From contig NC_082710.1 of NCBI RefSeq assembly GCF_030144855.1, forward strand, positions 180,606,001 to 180,670,000: 64,000 bases of DNA, in the 5' to 3' direction. The notes beneath the pieces were generated by a model. The model worked only from the letters and a program-made list of their open reading frames with translations, searched no databases and was not told the DNA's origin. This document shows positions 10,128-23,592 of the stretch, in pieces (position 1 is the first letter of the stretch; each line of letters opens with the position of its first letter). Source of the stretch: Hypanus sabinus (Eukaryota). The position numbers were made by a program, and so were the translations under genes.

Positions 10128-12333
10128 GCATGAGGAGTAAAAGTGGATGAGCTTAGAGCGTGGATCAGTACTTGGATCTATGATGTTGTGGCCATTACAG
10201 AGACTTGGATGGTGCAGGGGCAGGAATGGCTACTTCAAGTGCCAGGCTTTAGATGTTTCAGAAAGGACAGGGAGGGGGGCAAAAGAACTGCGGGCGTGTC
10301 ACTGCTGATCAGAGATAGTGTTACGACTGCAGAAAAAGAGGAAGTCATGGAGGGATTGTCTACTGTGGTGAAAGTTAGGAATAGGAAGGGGTCAATAACT
10401 CTACTGGGTGATTTTTATAGACCACACAATAGTAACAGGGACATTGAGGAGCAGATAGGGAGGCAGATTCTGGAAAGGAGTAATAATATCAGGGTTGTTG
10501 TGGTGGGAGATTTTAATTTCCCAAATATCTATTGGCATCTCCCTAGAGTGAGGGGTATAGATGGGATGGAGTTTGTTAGGTGTGTTCAGGAAGGTTTCTT
10601 GACACAATATGTAGATAAGCCTACAAGAGGAGAGGCTGTATTTGATCTGGTATTGGGAAATTAACCTGGTCAGGTGTCAGATCTCTCAGTGGGAGAGCAT
10701 TTTGGAGATAGTGATCACAATTCTATCTCCTTTACCATCGCATTGGAAAGGGATAGGAACAGACAAGTTAGGGACATATTTAATTGGTGTAACGGGAAGT
10801 ATGAGGCTATCAGGCAGGAACTTGTGTGCTCAGGAACACGTATAGAAGAAATGTGGCAGACGTTCAGGGGATATTTGCATGAGGTTCTGCGTAGATATGT
10901 TCCAATGAGACAGGGAAAGGATGGTAGGATACAAGAACGGTGGTGTACAAAGGCTGACGTAAATCTAGTCAAGAAGAGAAGAGCTTATGAAAGGTTCAAA
11001 AAACTACTTAATGATAGAGATCTGGAAGATTATATGGCTAGCAGGAAAAAGCTTAAGACTGAAATTAGGAGAGCCAGAAGGGGCCATGAGAAGGCCTTGG
11101 TGGACAGGATTAAGGAAAGCCACAAAACATTCTACAAGTATGTGAAGAGCAAGAGGATAAGGTGTGAAAGAATATGACCAATCATGTGTGACAGTGGAAA
11201 ACTGTGTATGGAACTGGAGGAGATGGCAGAGGTACTTAATGAATACTTTGTTTCAGTATTCGCTACAGAAAAGGATCCTAGTGATTGTAGAGATGACTTG
11301 CAGTGGACTGAAAAGCTTGAGCATGTAGATATTAAGGAAGAGAATGTGCTGCAGCTTTTGGACAGAATCAAGTTGAATGAGTCACAGGGACTGGAGAGGA
11401 TGTACCCCAGGCTATTGTGGGAAGCGAGGGAGGAGATTGCTAAGGCTTTGGCAATGATCTTTGCATCAACAATGAGGACGAAAGTGGTTCTGGAGGATTG
11501 GAGGGTTGCGGATGTTGTTCCCTTATTCAAGAAAGGGAGTAGAGATAGCCCAGGAAATTATAAACTGGTGATTTTTTGAGGATGTAACTAAACACGTTGA
11601 TGAGGGTAGAGCCATAGTTGTACTGTATATAGATTTTAGTAAGGCATTTGATAAGGTACCCCATGCAAGTCTTATTGAGAAAGTAAGGAGGCATGGGTTC
11701 CAAGGGGACATTGCTTTGTGGATACAGAACTGGATTGCTCACAGAAGGCAAAAAGTAGTTGTAGACAGGTCATATTCTGCATGGAGTTCGGTGACCAGTG
11801 GTGTGCCTCAGGGATCTGTTCTTGGACCTCTACTGTTTGTGATTTTTATAAATGACCTGGATGAGGAAATGGAGGGATGGGTTAGTAAATTTGCCGATGA
11901 CACCAAGGTTGGGGGTGTTGTGGATAGTGTGGAGAGCTCTCAGAGGTTACAGTGGAACAATGATAGGATGCAAAACTGGGCTGAGAAATGGCAGATGGAG
12001 TTCAATCCAGGTAAGTGTGAGGTGGTTCATTTTGGTAAGTCAAATATGATGGTAGAATATAGTATTAATGGCAAGTCTCTTGGCTGTGTGGAAGATCAGA
12101 GGGATCTTGGGGTCCGAGTCCATAGGACAATCAAAGCTGCTATGCAGGTTGACCCTGTGGTTAAGAAGACATACGGAATATTGGCCTTCAGAATTGTGGC
12201 ATTGAGTTTAAGAGCCGAGAGGTAATGTTGCAGCTATATAGGACCCTGGTCAGACCCCACTTGGAGTACTGTGTTCAATTCCAGTCGCCTCACTACAGGA
12301 AGGATGTGGAAACCATAGAAAGAGTGCAGAGGA

Positions 12334-14121
12334 AGTTGGAAGCCCAGGCTAACAAGAGGGATGCCAGTAGACTATGGCAGGGTCTAAATGAGATCACTGG
12401 GTGCAAAGAAAAGGCTATGAATATCAATAACTGTAGTGCTCCCCTTCTTGACGAACTTAATGTATTCTACGCAAGATTCGAACAGAATAGGAGCGTCCCG
12501 CCCCCTCTGGATGAATTGGACCTGGTGGCATCGAGATTCATCGTCACCGAGGAAGACTTTAGAAGAGCCTTCCTGAAGATAAATCCAAGGAAGGCGATGG
12601 GCCCAGATGGCGTCCTGGGACGGGTTCTCTGGGCCTGTGCAAGGGAGCTAGCCTGAGTGTTTGCTGACATCTTCAACTGCTCCCTGCTTCAGTCTAAGAT
12701 CCCCTCGTGTTTTAAGAAGGCAACGATAATCCTGGAGCCGAAGAAAAACAAGGTGGCATGCTGAGTGACTACTGACCTGTGGCTCTGACATCAATTGCTA
12801 TGAAGTGCTTCGAGCACTTCAACCATAACCTACCGGTCAACCTCCACGCTTTGCAATTCACCTACCGGAGCAACAGGTCAATAGCGGATGCCAACTCCCT
12901 GGCACTACATTCCTCCTTAGAACACCTGGAGAATAAAGATGCATACATAAGGCTCCTTTTCATTGACTACAGCTCTGCCTTTAAAACCATCTTTCTAAAT
13001 AAACTGATTCCTAATCTCCGGAACCTGGGTCTTAGCACTCAGATCTGCAGCTGGATCTTCAACTTCCTCACAGACAGGACCCAGGCTGTAAAAATGGGGG
13101 ACAAGCTCTCCTCTACAATCACTCTGAGCACCGGTGTCCCACAAGGCTGTGTACTCAGCCCCCTGCTGTACTCACTGAACTCCCATGATTGTGTGGCCAA
13201 GTTTCCATCGAACTCAACATATAAGTTTGCTGATGACATCACAATTGTAGGCCGCATCTTGGCTAATGATGATTCTGAATACAGAGAGGAAATTAAGAAC
13301 CTGGTGGCATGGTGTGAAGACAATAACCTATCCCTCAATGTCAGCAAGACGAAGGAATTGGTTGTTGACTTCAGAAGGAGCGGTGGACCGCGCGACCCCA
13401 TTTACATCGGTGGTGTACAGGTGGAACAGGTCAAAAGCTTTAAGTTTCTTGGGGTGATTATCACAAATGACCTGACTTGGTCTAACCAAGCAGAGTCCAC
13501 TGGCAAGAAGGCCCACCAGCATCTTTACTTCCTGAGAAAGCTGAAGAAATTTGGCCTGTCCCCTAAAACCCTCACTAATTTTTATAGGTGCACCATAGAA
13601 AGCATTCTTCTAGGGTGCATCACAACCTGGTATGGAAGTTGTCCTGTCCAAGACCGGAAGAAGCTGAAGAAGACAGTGAACCTAGCCCAGCAGATCACAC
13701 AAACCAATCTTCCATCCTTGGACTCACACACTATTGGAGCAGTGCTGCTAGGATAATCAAGGTTAAGTCCCACCCAGCCAACAAACTTTTTGCCCCACTT
13801 CCCTCCGGGAGAAGGTTCAGGAGCATGAAGATACATACGGCCAGATTTGGGAACAGCTTCTTTCCAACTGTGATAAGACTGCTGAACAGATCCTGACCTG
13901 GATCTGGGCCGTACCTTCCAAATATCCAGACCTGACTTGCACTACCTTACTTTCCCTTTTCTATTTTCTAATTATGATTTACAATTTAAATTTTTATTAT
14001 ATTTACTTAGATTTGTACTTCAGGGAGCGTGAAGCGCAGAAACAAATATCGCTGTGATGATTGTACTCTCTAGTATCAATTGTTTGGTGACAATAAAGTA
14101 TTTGTTTTTGTTTGTATTTTT
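12334..14121 (+). mobile_element. Rex1/Babar-type LINE, 5'-truncated, inserted in the CR1 RT
   Basis: ORF 12779-13756 has [24 protein letters not shown] and KFADD. AATAAA at about 14092, then a T-rich tail. TSD GAGGA at 12329-12333 and 14122-14126. Confidence 0.88.
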
Positions 14122-14689
14122 GAGGAGATTTATAAGGATGTTGCCTGGATTGGGGAGCATGCCTTATGAGAATAGGTTGAGTGAACTCAGCCTTGGTGTG
14201 GTGGAGGATGAGAGGTGACCTGATAGAGGTGTACAAGGTAATAAGAGGCATTGATCATATGGATAGTCAGAGGCTTTTTCCCAGGGCTGTCTAGCATGAG
14301 AGGGCACAGTTTTAAGGTGTTTGGAAGTAGGTACAGAGGAGGTGTCGGGATAAGTTTTTTACGCAGAGTGGTGAGTGTGTGGAATGGGCTGCCGGCGGCG
14401 GTGGTGGAGGCGGAAACAATAGGGTCTTTTAAGAGACTCCTGGATGGATACATGGAGTTTTGAAAAATAGAGGACTATCTGTAAACCTAGGTAGTTCTGC
14501 ACAGCTTTGTGGGCCGAAGGGCCTGTATTGTGCTGTAGGCTTTCTATGCTTCTATACTCAAGGTGAGGCCTCACCAGTGCTTTACAAAGCCTCAGCATCA
14601 TATCCTTCCTCTTGTCGACCATGTTTAAGAGACACTGCAAGGCAGAGTAATAGAACATGGATACAGGCCATTCAGCCTAGCTAGTCCAT

Positions 14690-17600
14690 GCCCAACCAGC
14701 ATGTCCCAATTTCCCTTAATTGACCCATATTCTACAAGCCCCGCCCCAAGTACCTATCCAAGTACCTATCTTAAATGACACGACTGCACCTGCCTTTCCC
14801 ACTTCCTCTGAGAACCTGTTGGAATTCTTTGAGGAGATTACAAGTAGGGTAGATAAAGGGGATGCAGTGGATGTTGTATATTTGGACTTTCAGAAGCCTT
14901 TGACAAGGTGCCACACATGAGTCTGCTCACCAAGTTAAGGGCACATGGTATTACAGGCAAATTACTGGCATGGTTAGAGCATTGACTGATTGGTAGTGTT
15001 AAGGAAACAGGTAGGCTACAAAAGGACTTACACAGATTAGGAGAATCGGCAAGAAAGTTGTAAATGGAATACAATTTTGAAAAATGCCTGGTCATATACT
15101 TTGGTAGGAGAAATAAATGTGAAGACTATTTTCTAAACAAGGAGATAATCAGAAAATCTGAAATGCAAAGGGACTTGGGAGTTCTTGGACAGAACATGCT
15201 AAAGGTTAACTTGCAGGTAGAGTTGGTAGTGAGGAAAGTAAATGCAATGTTAGCATTAATTTCCAGAGGCCAAGAGTACACAATCAGGGATGTGATGCTG
15301 ACGGTTTATGCTGAGGCCTCACCTTGAGTATCGTGTACAGTTTTGGGCCCCTCATTTTAGGATTAAAGGATTAAAGGATTAGGATTTAGGGTTAAAGGAG
15401 CTCAAAGGTTGTGGGGAGTGGAGTTTACAGATGAAAGATTAGATTTATTTGCCACATATACATTTGAACATACCATGCAATGCGTCATTGGTATTAAATC
15501 AAATCAAAGTGAGGATTGTGCTGGGCCAATCAAGTTTCACCATGCTCTCTGTACCAACATAGCATGCCCACTACCTAACCCTTTGGAGTATGAGAGGAAA
15601 CTCGAGCACCTGAAGGAAACCGAATTGGTCAAGGTGGAAAATGTACAATTTAACCCAATCGTTGATTGCTAGAAGGCGCTAACCGCTCCACGCCTCAGGT
15701 GAGGTTACAGATTCCCCTCAGCTTCTCTGTGAGGTGACAGTGCTGGCTGCTGTCTGCTTGGAGTGCACTCAGCAAAGAGTCAAACTGAATCAGAGGGCAA
15801 GTCAAAACGTAAACACCTGAATGTGTCAGGGCACATCGAATTGCCGCAATTTACCAGTGAAAAATACTATCACTGATGTGCCTTTGGCAAGTGTTCAAAG
15901 ACACTAAGGGCAGATTTAATTAGACCATAAATTCAGCCTCCCTTTGTATCAACATTCACAGTGGAGGGTGCCGGACATTCAGGACAGTCGGCGACAGAGG
16001 TGAGTGTAGTGGTCATCACTAAGGAGAAGGTGCTGGGGAAGCTGGATAAATCACCTGGAGCAAATGGACAACAACACTCAGTTCAGAAAGAGGCAGCTGA
16101 AGAGATTGTTGAGGCATTAAAGGTGATCTTTCAATTATCACTGGAGTGACCAGAGGATTCAATTATCACTCTGTTTCAGAATGGTGACAGACAAAAGACA
16201 GGAAATTATAGGATGATTAGCGTGACTTCAGTGGTTGGTAAGACTTTGGAGTCCATTATTTAGGATTAAGCACCTGACGAACCAGGGCAAAGTTCAGGGG
16301 AGATCTTGCCTGACAAACCTGTTGAAACTCTTTAAGGTGGTAATAAGTGGCAGACACAGGAGTGTCAGTGGATGTTACCTACTTGGATTTGCAGATGACC
16401 TTTGACAAGCCGATGCACAGGACGCTGCTAACCAGGAGCGTACATAGAAGATCGGTTGACTGGCAGAAGGCAGAGAGTAGGGATAGAGGGATCCTTTACA
16501 GGGTGGCTGCCAGTAATTTGTGGACTTCCATGGGAGTCAGTGTGCTTCTCACTTTAAATGTTAATGACCGGGATGAAGGAAATGATGGCATTGTTTTGTG
16601 GAGGGGCAGGTAATGTTCAGGAAGCACGGAGTCTTCAGAAAGACTTGTACAGGTTGGGAGAATGAGCAGATGGAATACAGTGTAGGGAAGTATGGGGATA
16701 CTGTGAGCAGCTTTGGGCCCTTTGTATAAGAAAGGATGTACCAGCATTACAGAGTCCATGGACGGGCGCCACCATACATCAGAGGGTGCCAACGCAACAC
16801 CTCTACAGCTCAGTCATTCCGGGGTTCATAGTTCAATTCTGGTGCTATATATAAGTCTTGCCCCATAAACCATAAGGATTTCCTTTGGGTCTTCCAGTTT
16901 CCTCCCACAGTCCAAATGTGTACCAGCTGGTAGGTTAGTTATAGTTTGGTAGTTCATTGTAAATTGTCCTCTGATTAGCCTAGTTTGAAACAGAAGTGTT
17001 GTTAGGTGGTGTGGCTCGTTGGGTCGGAAGGGCCTGTTCCATGCTTGATTTCTAAATAAAAAATAAATAATACAATGTCCACAAGAATTATTGTGGGAAT
17101 GAAAGGGTTAATGGTCGAGGTTGCCAATGCTTTTTTTTGCTGGTGTGTGTGGGGGGGGGGGGGGGGTCGTGCTTGCTGCCGCTTATGCGTGGGGGGGCGG
17201 GTAACTGGGAAGGGGACTTTGGGGTTCTAACATTTAACTGTTGTTCATACTTGGGGCACTCCTCTGCTTTCGTGGACGGTTGTGAAGAAAAAGCATTTCA
17301 GGATGTGTATTGTAAACATTTCTCTAACATTAAATGTACCTTTGAGCCTTTGTATGTATGAGGAGCATTTGAAGGCTCTGGGACTGTACTCGCGAGAGTT
17401 TAGAAGAACAAGATGGGAGCTCCATGAAACCTGTTGAATATTGAAAGCCCAAGATAGAGTGGACAAGGAGAATGTGTTTCCTTTTTAAGGAAAGCATATT
17501 ATTGAAGGGCATAGCCTCAGTAGAAAGGGATGAAACTGAGATGAGGGGAAATTTCTACAGCTAGAGGGTGGTGAAGCTGTGGAATTCATTGCCACAGAGG

Positions 17601-17830
17601 ACCGTGTAGGTCGAATCATTGGGTATATTTAAGGTAAAGATTGATAGGTCCTTGATTGGTAAAGGTGTTAAGGATTAAAGAACCTTGAAGTTCTTAGAGA
17701 AATCACAAATTTTCAAGGTGGTGGAAGGAGGAGAAAAAAAGGATCAGCCATGATTGAATGGTGCAGCAGGCTCGTTGGGCCAGATGGCCTAATTCTGCTC
17801 CAATATCTAAGGTTTATGATCCAAGAACTA
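14690..17830 (+). mobile_element. Cluster of old CR1 fragments plus a tRNA-SINE (about 16810-17060) and another LINE 3' end (about 17115-17350)
   Basis: LLEFFEE...VDVVYLDFQK, KEKVLGKL..SPG and GATCAGCCATGATTGAATGG 3' UTR motifs. Heavily frameshifted. Confidence 0.65.
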
Positions 17831-18559
17831 GCTTATCAGATATACCTCCAAACAGTCTCATTGAAGAGATCAAGAAAGTGGGAGAATGGGTTTGAGAAAC
17901 AGAAAAATCAGTGATCATTGAAGCGAATTTGATGTAACAAATGGCCTAATTCTTCCCCTTTCTCTTATTCTCTGTGTCAAAAGCTCGTTGTTCACTGTCA
18001 CTGAAGGAAATCTCCTGCCTCAACAGCACTGTTACTCAATAGCCAGTGAATTCCCCAGAAGCTCCCAAAGACTTAGAAATACATGCACACACAGGCACAG
18101 GTCTAAACAGCTAACATCAGAAGTATTTCACAACTCTTCCACCCTCACTGAGAAAGGGACATAGATGCAGGTTCTGTGAAAGCTATTACTCATCAGCAGG
18201 TAGTGGGAAGGATGGGAAATGGTATCCAGACTCAGAGCTGGAGGTGAGAGCAGGTTTCTGGGGAGCTAAGGAGTTTGTACCTGACCACTGGGTCCTTTTC
18301 ACAGAAGCTCCTTTTATGCCAACACCTGCCTCCCAACAAGAAGATTCATGGGTTCAGATCCTGGCCCAGAAACAAACTCTATATTTCTCTATGACAGAGA
18401 AGGAGGCCATTTAATCCACTGTCTGGCTTACAGATCTATTCCCTCATTTTTCCCGTAATTATTCTCCCCATGTTTCCCAGAAAATGCAGCTCACCAAAAC
18501 ACCAAAAGTTTGGTACACCACCAACCTGCAGTGAGACTAGGAGCAGGCTAGTCATGCTC

Positions 18560-19065
18560 TTTGGCAAGCACCTGCACTCTACCTACCATGGCTCTCTGGA
18601 ATTCTTGATTGCTAGCCATTTCAATTCCCCTCCCCAGTTTCCACACCAATCTGTGTCCTCGATCTCTTCCATTGCCAGGAGGAAGTCAGTTTATAAACTA
18701 TTAGCTCCTCATATCCAACCTAGGGGTTGGGGGGAGGTGTCTAATGCCTGACAGCATAACCTCTCCATTTTCAATAGAATTCCCCCCCATCCCTTTTCTC
18801 TTCTCCTGATCTACTCAGTTCTTTCTTTACCCTTACACCCTATTTCCTTAGCCCCCCTCCATCTTCCTACAACTCACATATTCCTCCCACTGTTCCCCTC
18901 TGCCCTCTCCACCCTCCTTCCTCCACCTTCCTCTCCTGTTACCCCTTGTCATGGTAAACCCTCCTCTTCCCACTCCAGCACCAAAGTTAATCTCAGCGTT
19001 AAGGAACACACAGAAGGAACGCAGTAGGTTAAGCAGCATGTGACAATTAAGGCTTGAGTCAAGAC
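18560..19065 (+). mobile_element. Decayed Penelope-like element (GIY-YIG C-terminus, pyrimidine tract, terminal repeat)
   Basis: EHL.S....L.FLIASHFNS-like translation near 18570-18640, homologous by eye to 43060-43326. Confidence 0.5.
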
Positions 19066-19229
19066 CTTTCATTGAGTGTGAGAGAGGGGAGATATCCTGT
19101 ATAAAAGTTCCAAAATCCCTTCCAATCAGATTCCATATCTGCAGCCCTGAATCACTTCCCACCCTCTGTCACCCCAATCCCATCCTTCCCTCTCCCACCT
19201 GCCTATCCCTCCTCTAGAGTCATAGAGCA

Positions 19230-19752
19230 CTTCCGAACAGAAACAGGCCCATGCTGCACTGCTAATCTGCCTAGTGAGTCCCATCAATACCAGGACCATA
19301 GCCCTCTACACTCTTCCCATCCATGTACCTAACCAAACTTTGAGCATTTCACATGCAGATCCCCCCCAGTTTCCCCTTCAATATTTCACCTTTCACTCTT
19401 AACCCATGACCTCTAGTTCTAATCTCACCCAACCCCAGTGGAAAAAGCCTGCTTGCATTTACTCTATCTATACCCCTCATAATTTTGTATATCTCTATCA
19501 AGTCTCTCTTCATTTGTCTACACTCTCCAGGGAACACTCTCCCTTCCCTGTAACTCATGTCTTCAATTCCTGGCAAAATCCTTGTAATTGTTCTATGTAC
19601 TCTTTCAACCTTATTGATATCTTTCCTGTAGGTAGCTGAAAAGAATTGTATGCAATACTCCAAATTAGTTCTTACCACCACATTATACAACTTCAACGTA
19701 ACATCCCAACTCAGTACACTGATTTATGAAGGCCAATGTGCTGAAAGCTCTC
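19230..19752 (-). mobile_element. CR1 3' fragment (continues at about 23593-23700 beyond the L1)
   Basis: ORF 19349-19696 reads KLYNVVVRTNLEYCIQF...GIDRVNASRLFPL. Confidence 0.8.
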
Positions 19753-22700
19753 CTTATTTTTTTTTATTGATTTTTAATGCATTTTCTACAACACTACAAA
19801 TGAAAAAAAAACCCCAAAACAAAATAAAAAAATTAATACAGTGCAAAATAAACATACAATAATAACAATATAATACAAAAAAGATGATTGAGAAAGCACC
19901 CAAATTGAAGTCATGTAAAATTAATATCCTCCCCAAGCCCCACAACAAAAAAACTCCAGACCAACCACAACACAATATAGAGAATATAAATCATGACATT
20001 CAAACCCCCAAAACTGTAAATACACTTGAAAACAGAAGTTAATAATGCCTACTACCAAAAAAAAAGAAGAGCTGAAAGTAAGGGACCGAAAAAAAACCTT
20101 AATCAAGAGGAAAGTTATGAAAGTACTTAATAAAAGGTCCCCAGACCTTATGAAACTTTATATCCGAATTAAGAATTGAATAATGAATTTTTTCAAGGTC
20201 TAAACAGGACATAATATCATTAAGCCATTGAGCATATGTGGGCGGGGCAACATCTCTCCATCTAAAGAGGATTAGACGTCTAGACAGGAGAGAAGCAAAA
20301 GATAATATTCGACACTTAGTCGAACTCAAACGTATATCTGTCTCACCCAAAAAACCAAACAGAGCAATTAAAGGGTTAGGTTCTAAGTGATGATTCAGAA
20401 TACAAGATAAAGTTATAAAAACATCTTTCCAAAATTTCTCTAAACTAGGACAGGACCAGTACATATGAATAAGAGAAGCCCTTTTGCATTTATCACAAAG
20501 AGGACTAATATGAGGGTAAAATCGAGATAATTTAGATTTGGACATATGGGCTCTATGAACAATCTTAAACTGTAAAAGGCAATGGCGAGCACAAAGAGAG
20601 GTTGAATTAACCGATTTGAGAATCGAGTCCCAAATCTTTTCAGATACAGAGATATTTAAATCATGCTCCCAAGCCATTCTAATTTTATCCACAGGGGCAT
20701 GCCATAAGAATGCTAATTTATCACGAATAAATGATATTAAACCTTTACCCAGTGGATTAATAGAAAGAAATAAATCCATAACATTTTTCTCAGGCATTTC
20801 AGGGAAGTTAGCAATTAAAGGATTGATAAAGTGTCTAATTTGGAGATATCCAAAAAAATGGGCATTAGGCAGATTGAACTTAGCAGAGAGCTGTTGAAAA
20901 GATGCGAAGCGATTATCGATAAAAAGATCTTCAAAATGTCTAATGCCCTTCTTATACCAATCATAAAATGTTGAGTCATACATAGTAGGTAAAAAAAGGT
21001 GATTATGTAAGATAGGACTAGCAAGGGAAAAACCATAAAAACCATAAAATTTCCTAAACTGGGCCCATATTCACAAAGTGTGTCTGACAAGAGGATTAAC
21101 AATTAGTCTAGACAAACTACTAGGGAGTGCAGAGCCAAGAAGTGCAAAAATAGATAAATCTTTAGTGGAATTCAACTCCATTGCCACCCAATTACGGCAC
21201 TCAGGTTAAAAAAAGACCAAAAGGTAGTGCAATGTGTATTAGCTGCCCAGTAATATAAACGAAAGTTAGGTAAGGCCATGCCACCCTCTTTTTCAGATTT
21301 TTGACGATAAACTTTATTAATTCTAGAACGCTTATTCTTCCACAGATGTAACAAATTAATAGAGTCTAAGGAATCAATAAAGTTTTTAGGAATACAAATC
21401 GGGATAGATTGAAATAAATATAAAAATGTAGGGAGAACATACATTTTAACAATATTAATACGACCTACCAAGGACATAGATAGAGGTGTCCATTGTGACA
21501 GACTCTGTTTTGTAGTATATAAAAGATTGGCAAAATTTTCATGAAAAAGATCTTTAAACTTCCTTGTAACTGTAAACCCAAGGTAAGTAAATTGATTATG
21601 AACTACTTTAAAGGGGTCACAAAATGCTAATTCTTGTGCTTCTTTATTAATTGGGAAAAGTTCACTCTTATGTAAATATTTTTATAGCCAGAAAACTGGC
21701 TAAACTGATCAAAAAGTGAAAACATTGGAGGTAAGGATGTGGATGTATCTGAAAGAAAAAGTAATAAATCATCAGCATAAAAAGAAACTTTATGCTCCAC
21801 CCCCCTCCAGATCCCGGTCAGTTCAGGACGGCTTCGGAATTCTATCGCCAGAGGTTCTATAGCCAGATCAAAGAGAAAGGGACTTAAGGGGCATCCTTGA
21901 CCGGTGCCACGTTTGAGGTTAAATAACTGGGATTGCTGAAAATTAGTCAAAACAGAGGCAGTAGGACACAGATACAGCAATTTGATCCAAGAGATAAAAC
22001 TTTGACCAAAGTCAAATTTTTCTAAAACTGCAAAGAGGTAGTTTCACTCTATACGATCAAATGCTTTCTCTGCATCAAGAGAAATAACACATTCAGGAAT
22101 CCCAGTTGAAGGTGAATATAAAATGTTAAATAAATGCCGAATGTTAAAAAAAGTTTTTAATAAAACCAGTTTGATCATCAGAAATAATAGAGGGAATAAC
22201 AGTTTCTAATCTATGAGCCAAAACTTTGGCCAAGATTTTAACATCAACATTAAGCAAAGAAATTGGCCTGTACGAGGAACACTCTGTTGGGTCTTTACCC
22301 TTTTTTAATAAAAGAATAATAGACGCCTCATTAAAAGAGGGTGGCAATTTACCATAATTAAACGAGTCAGATAGTACCGAGAGTAACTGAGGAGAAAGGA
22401 GAAAAGAGAATGGGTAACCCATCAGGTCCAGGAGATTTTCCTGAAGACAATGCAGAAATTGCAAAAGATATTTCTTCTGATGATATAGGCTCATTAAGTT
22501 TTGCTTTAAAATCAGATGAAAGTGAAGGAATATTCAGATTATTTAAGAAAAGATCAACAGAAATATTCTCATTCAGAGATTCAGAGAAATAAAGCCGAGA
22601 GTAAAAATTTTTAAATACGTCATTGATTTCTAAGTGATCCGATGTAATATCCCCATTCTCCTTCCGGATCTTTGTAATATGTTGTTTAGCTTTGGAATGC

Positions 22701-23592
22701 TTCAGCTGATTAACTAGAAATTTACCAGATTTGTCACCATGAATATAAAAACGACTCTTACCTTCAAGAAGTTGGTGTTCAACAGGTTGAGTAGACAGAA
22801 GATCAAATTTAGTTTGAAGTTCTACACGCTTCTTGTATAATTCGGGATTATTAGTTTGAGCATACAATTGATCTAATTCTTTAATCTGATTAATTAGGTC
22901 TAATCTATCTATACGGGACTTTCTATTGCTGTATATGAGATTATTTGACCCCTCAAATATGCTTTTGTGGCATCCCAGACAATCTGGGATGACATTTCAG
23001 ATGATGTATATTAGTGATAAAATAAAAAGTTATCTGATCCTTAATAAATTTTAGAAAATCATCATCCGATAATAAAGTCGAGTTAAAACGCCAGTGTTTA
23101 TTCCTCTGAGGGAGACCAGGAAAATTTTAAGACAAAGTAATTGGAGCATGATCTGAAATCAGTATACTCTGATAGTCACAAGAATGGACAAATGAAATAA
23201 GTTGATTATCAAGTAAAAAATAATCAATTCTAGTAAAGGTATGGGGAACATGTGAAAAAAAAGAATATTCTCTCTCTGTAGGATGAAGGAAACGCCATAT
23301 ATCTGAGATACCATAATTAGAAAGAAAAGAATGAATTGCTAAGGCAGATTTAGTAGGTGATCGAGTAACAGAGGACGATCGATCCAAATTAGGATCTAAC
23401 CAACAATTAAAGTCGCCACCCAGTATAAGAGAACATGAATTTAAATCTGGTAGTGAGGAGAAAAAACGTTCAAAAAAATTAACATCAAAATTGGGAGCAT
23501 ACAGGTTTGCTAGTACAACTTTAGTATTATATAATTTACCAGAAACGATAATAAAACGGCCATTTGTATCAGATATCTTATTATGGAGTTCA
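19753..23592 (-). mobile_element. L1-clade LINE, 5'-truncated, frameshifted ORF2 (APE-RT-zf-RVT)
   Basis: ORF pieces contain GRFIIVSG, LILGGDFN, FTRIDYFL, KSPGPDG, RPISLLNVDVKILAK, RGTGQGCPLSP, YADD and CDKC...HMYWSCP. AATAAA and poly(A) at about 19755-19772. TSD AAAGCTCTC at 19744-19752 and 23593-23601. Confidence 0.9.

Larger units (their letters stand above)
8030..14535 (+). mobile_element. Near full-length degenerate CR1 LINE (5' UTR, ORF1 with SGNH-esterase, ORF2 APE-RT, 3' tail) carrying three nested insertions
   Basis: ORF1 remnants with GNS/GDSIVRG and HIxTND motifs at about 8640-8806 and 9294-9620. APE domain 10143-10664 (VAITETW, VGDFNFP). RT at 11184-12330, resuming at 14122. (TATGT/CT) tail at about 14535. 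Confidence 0.85.
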
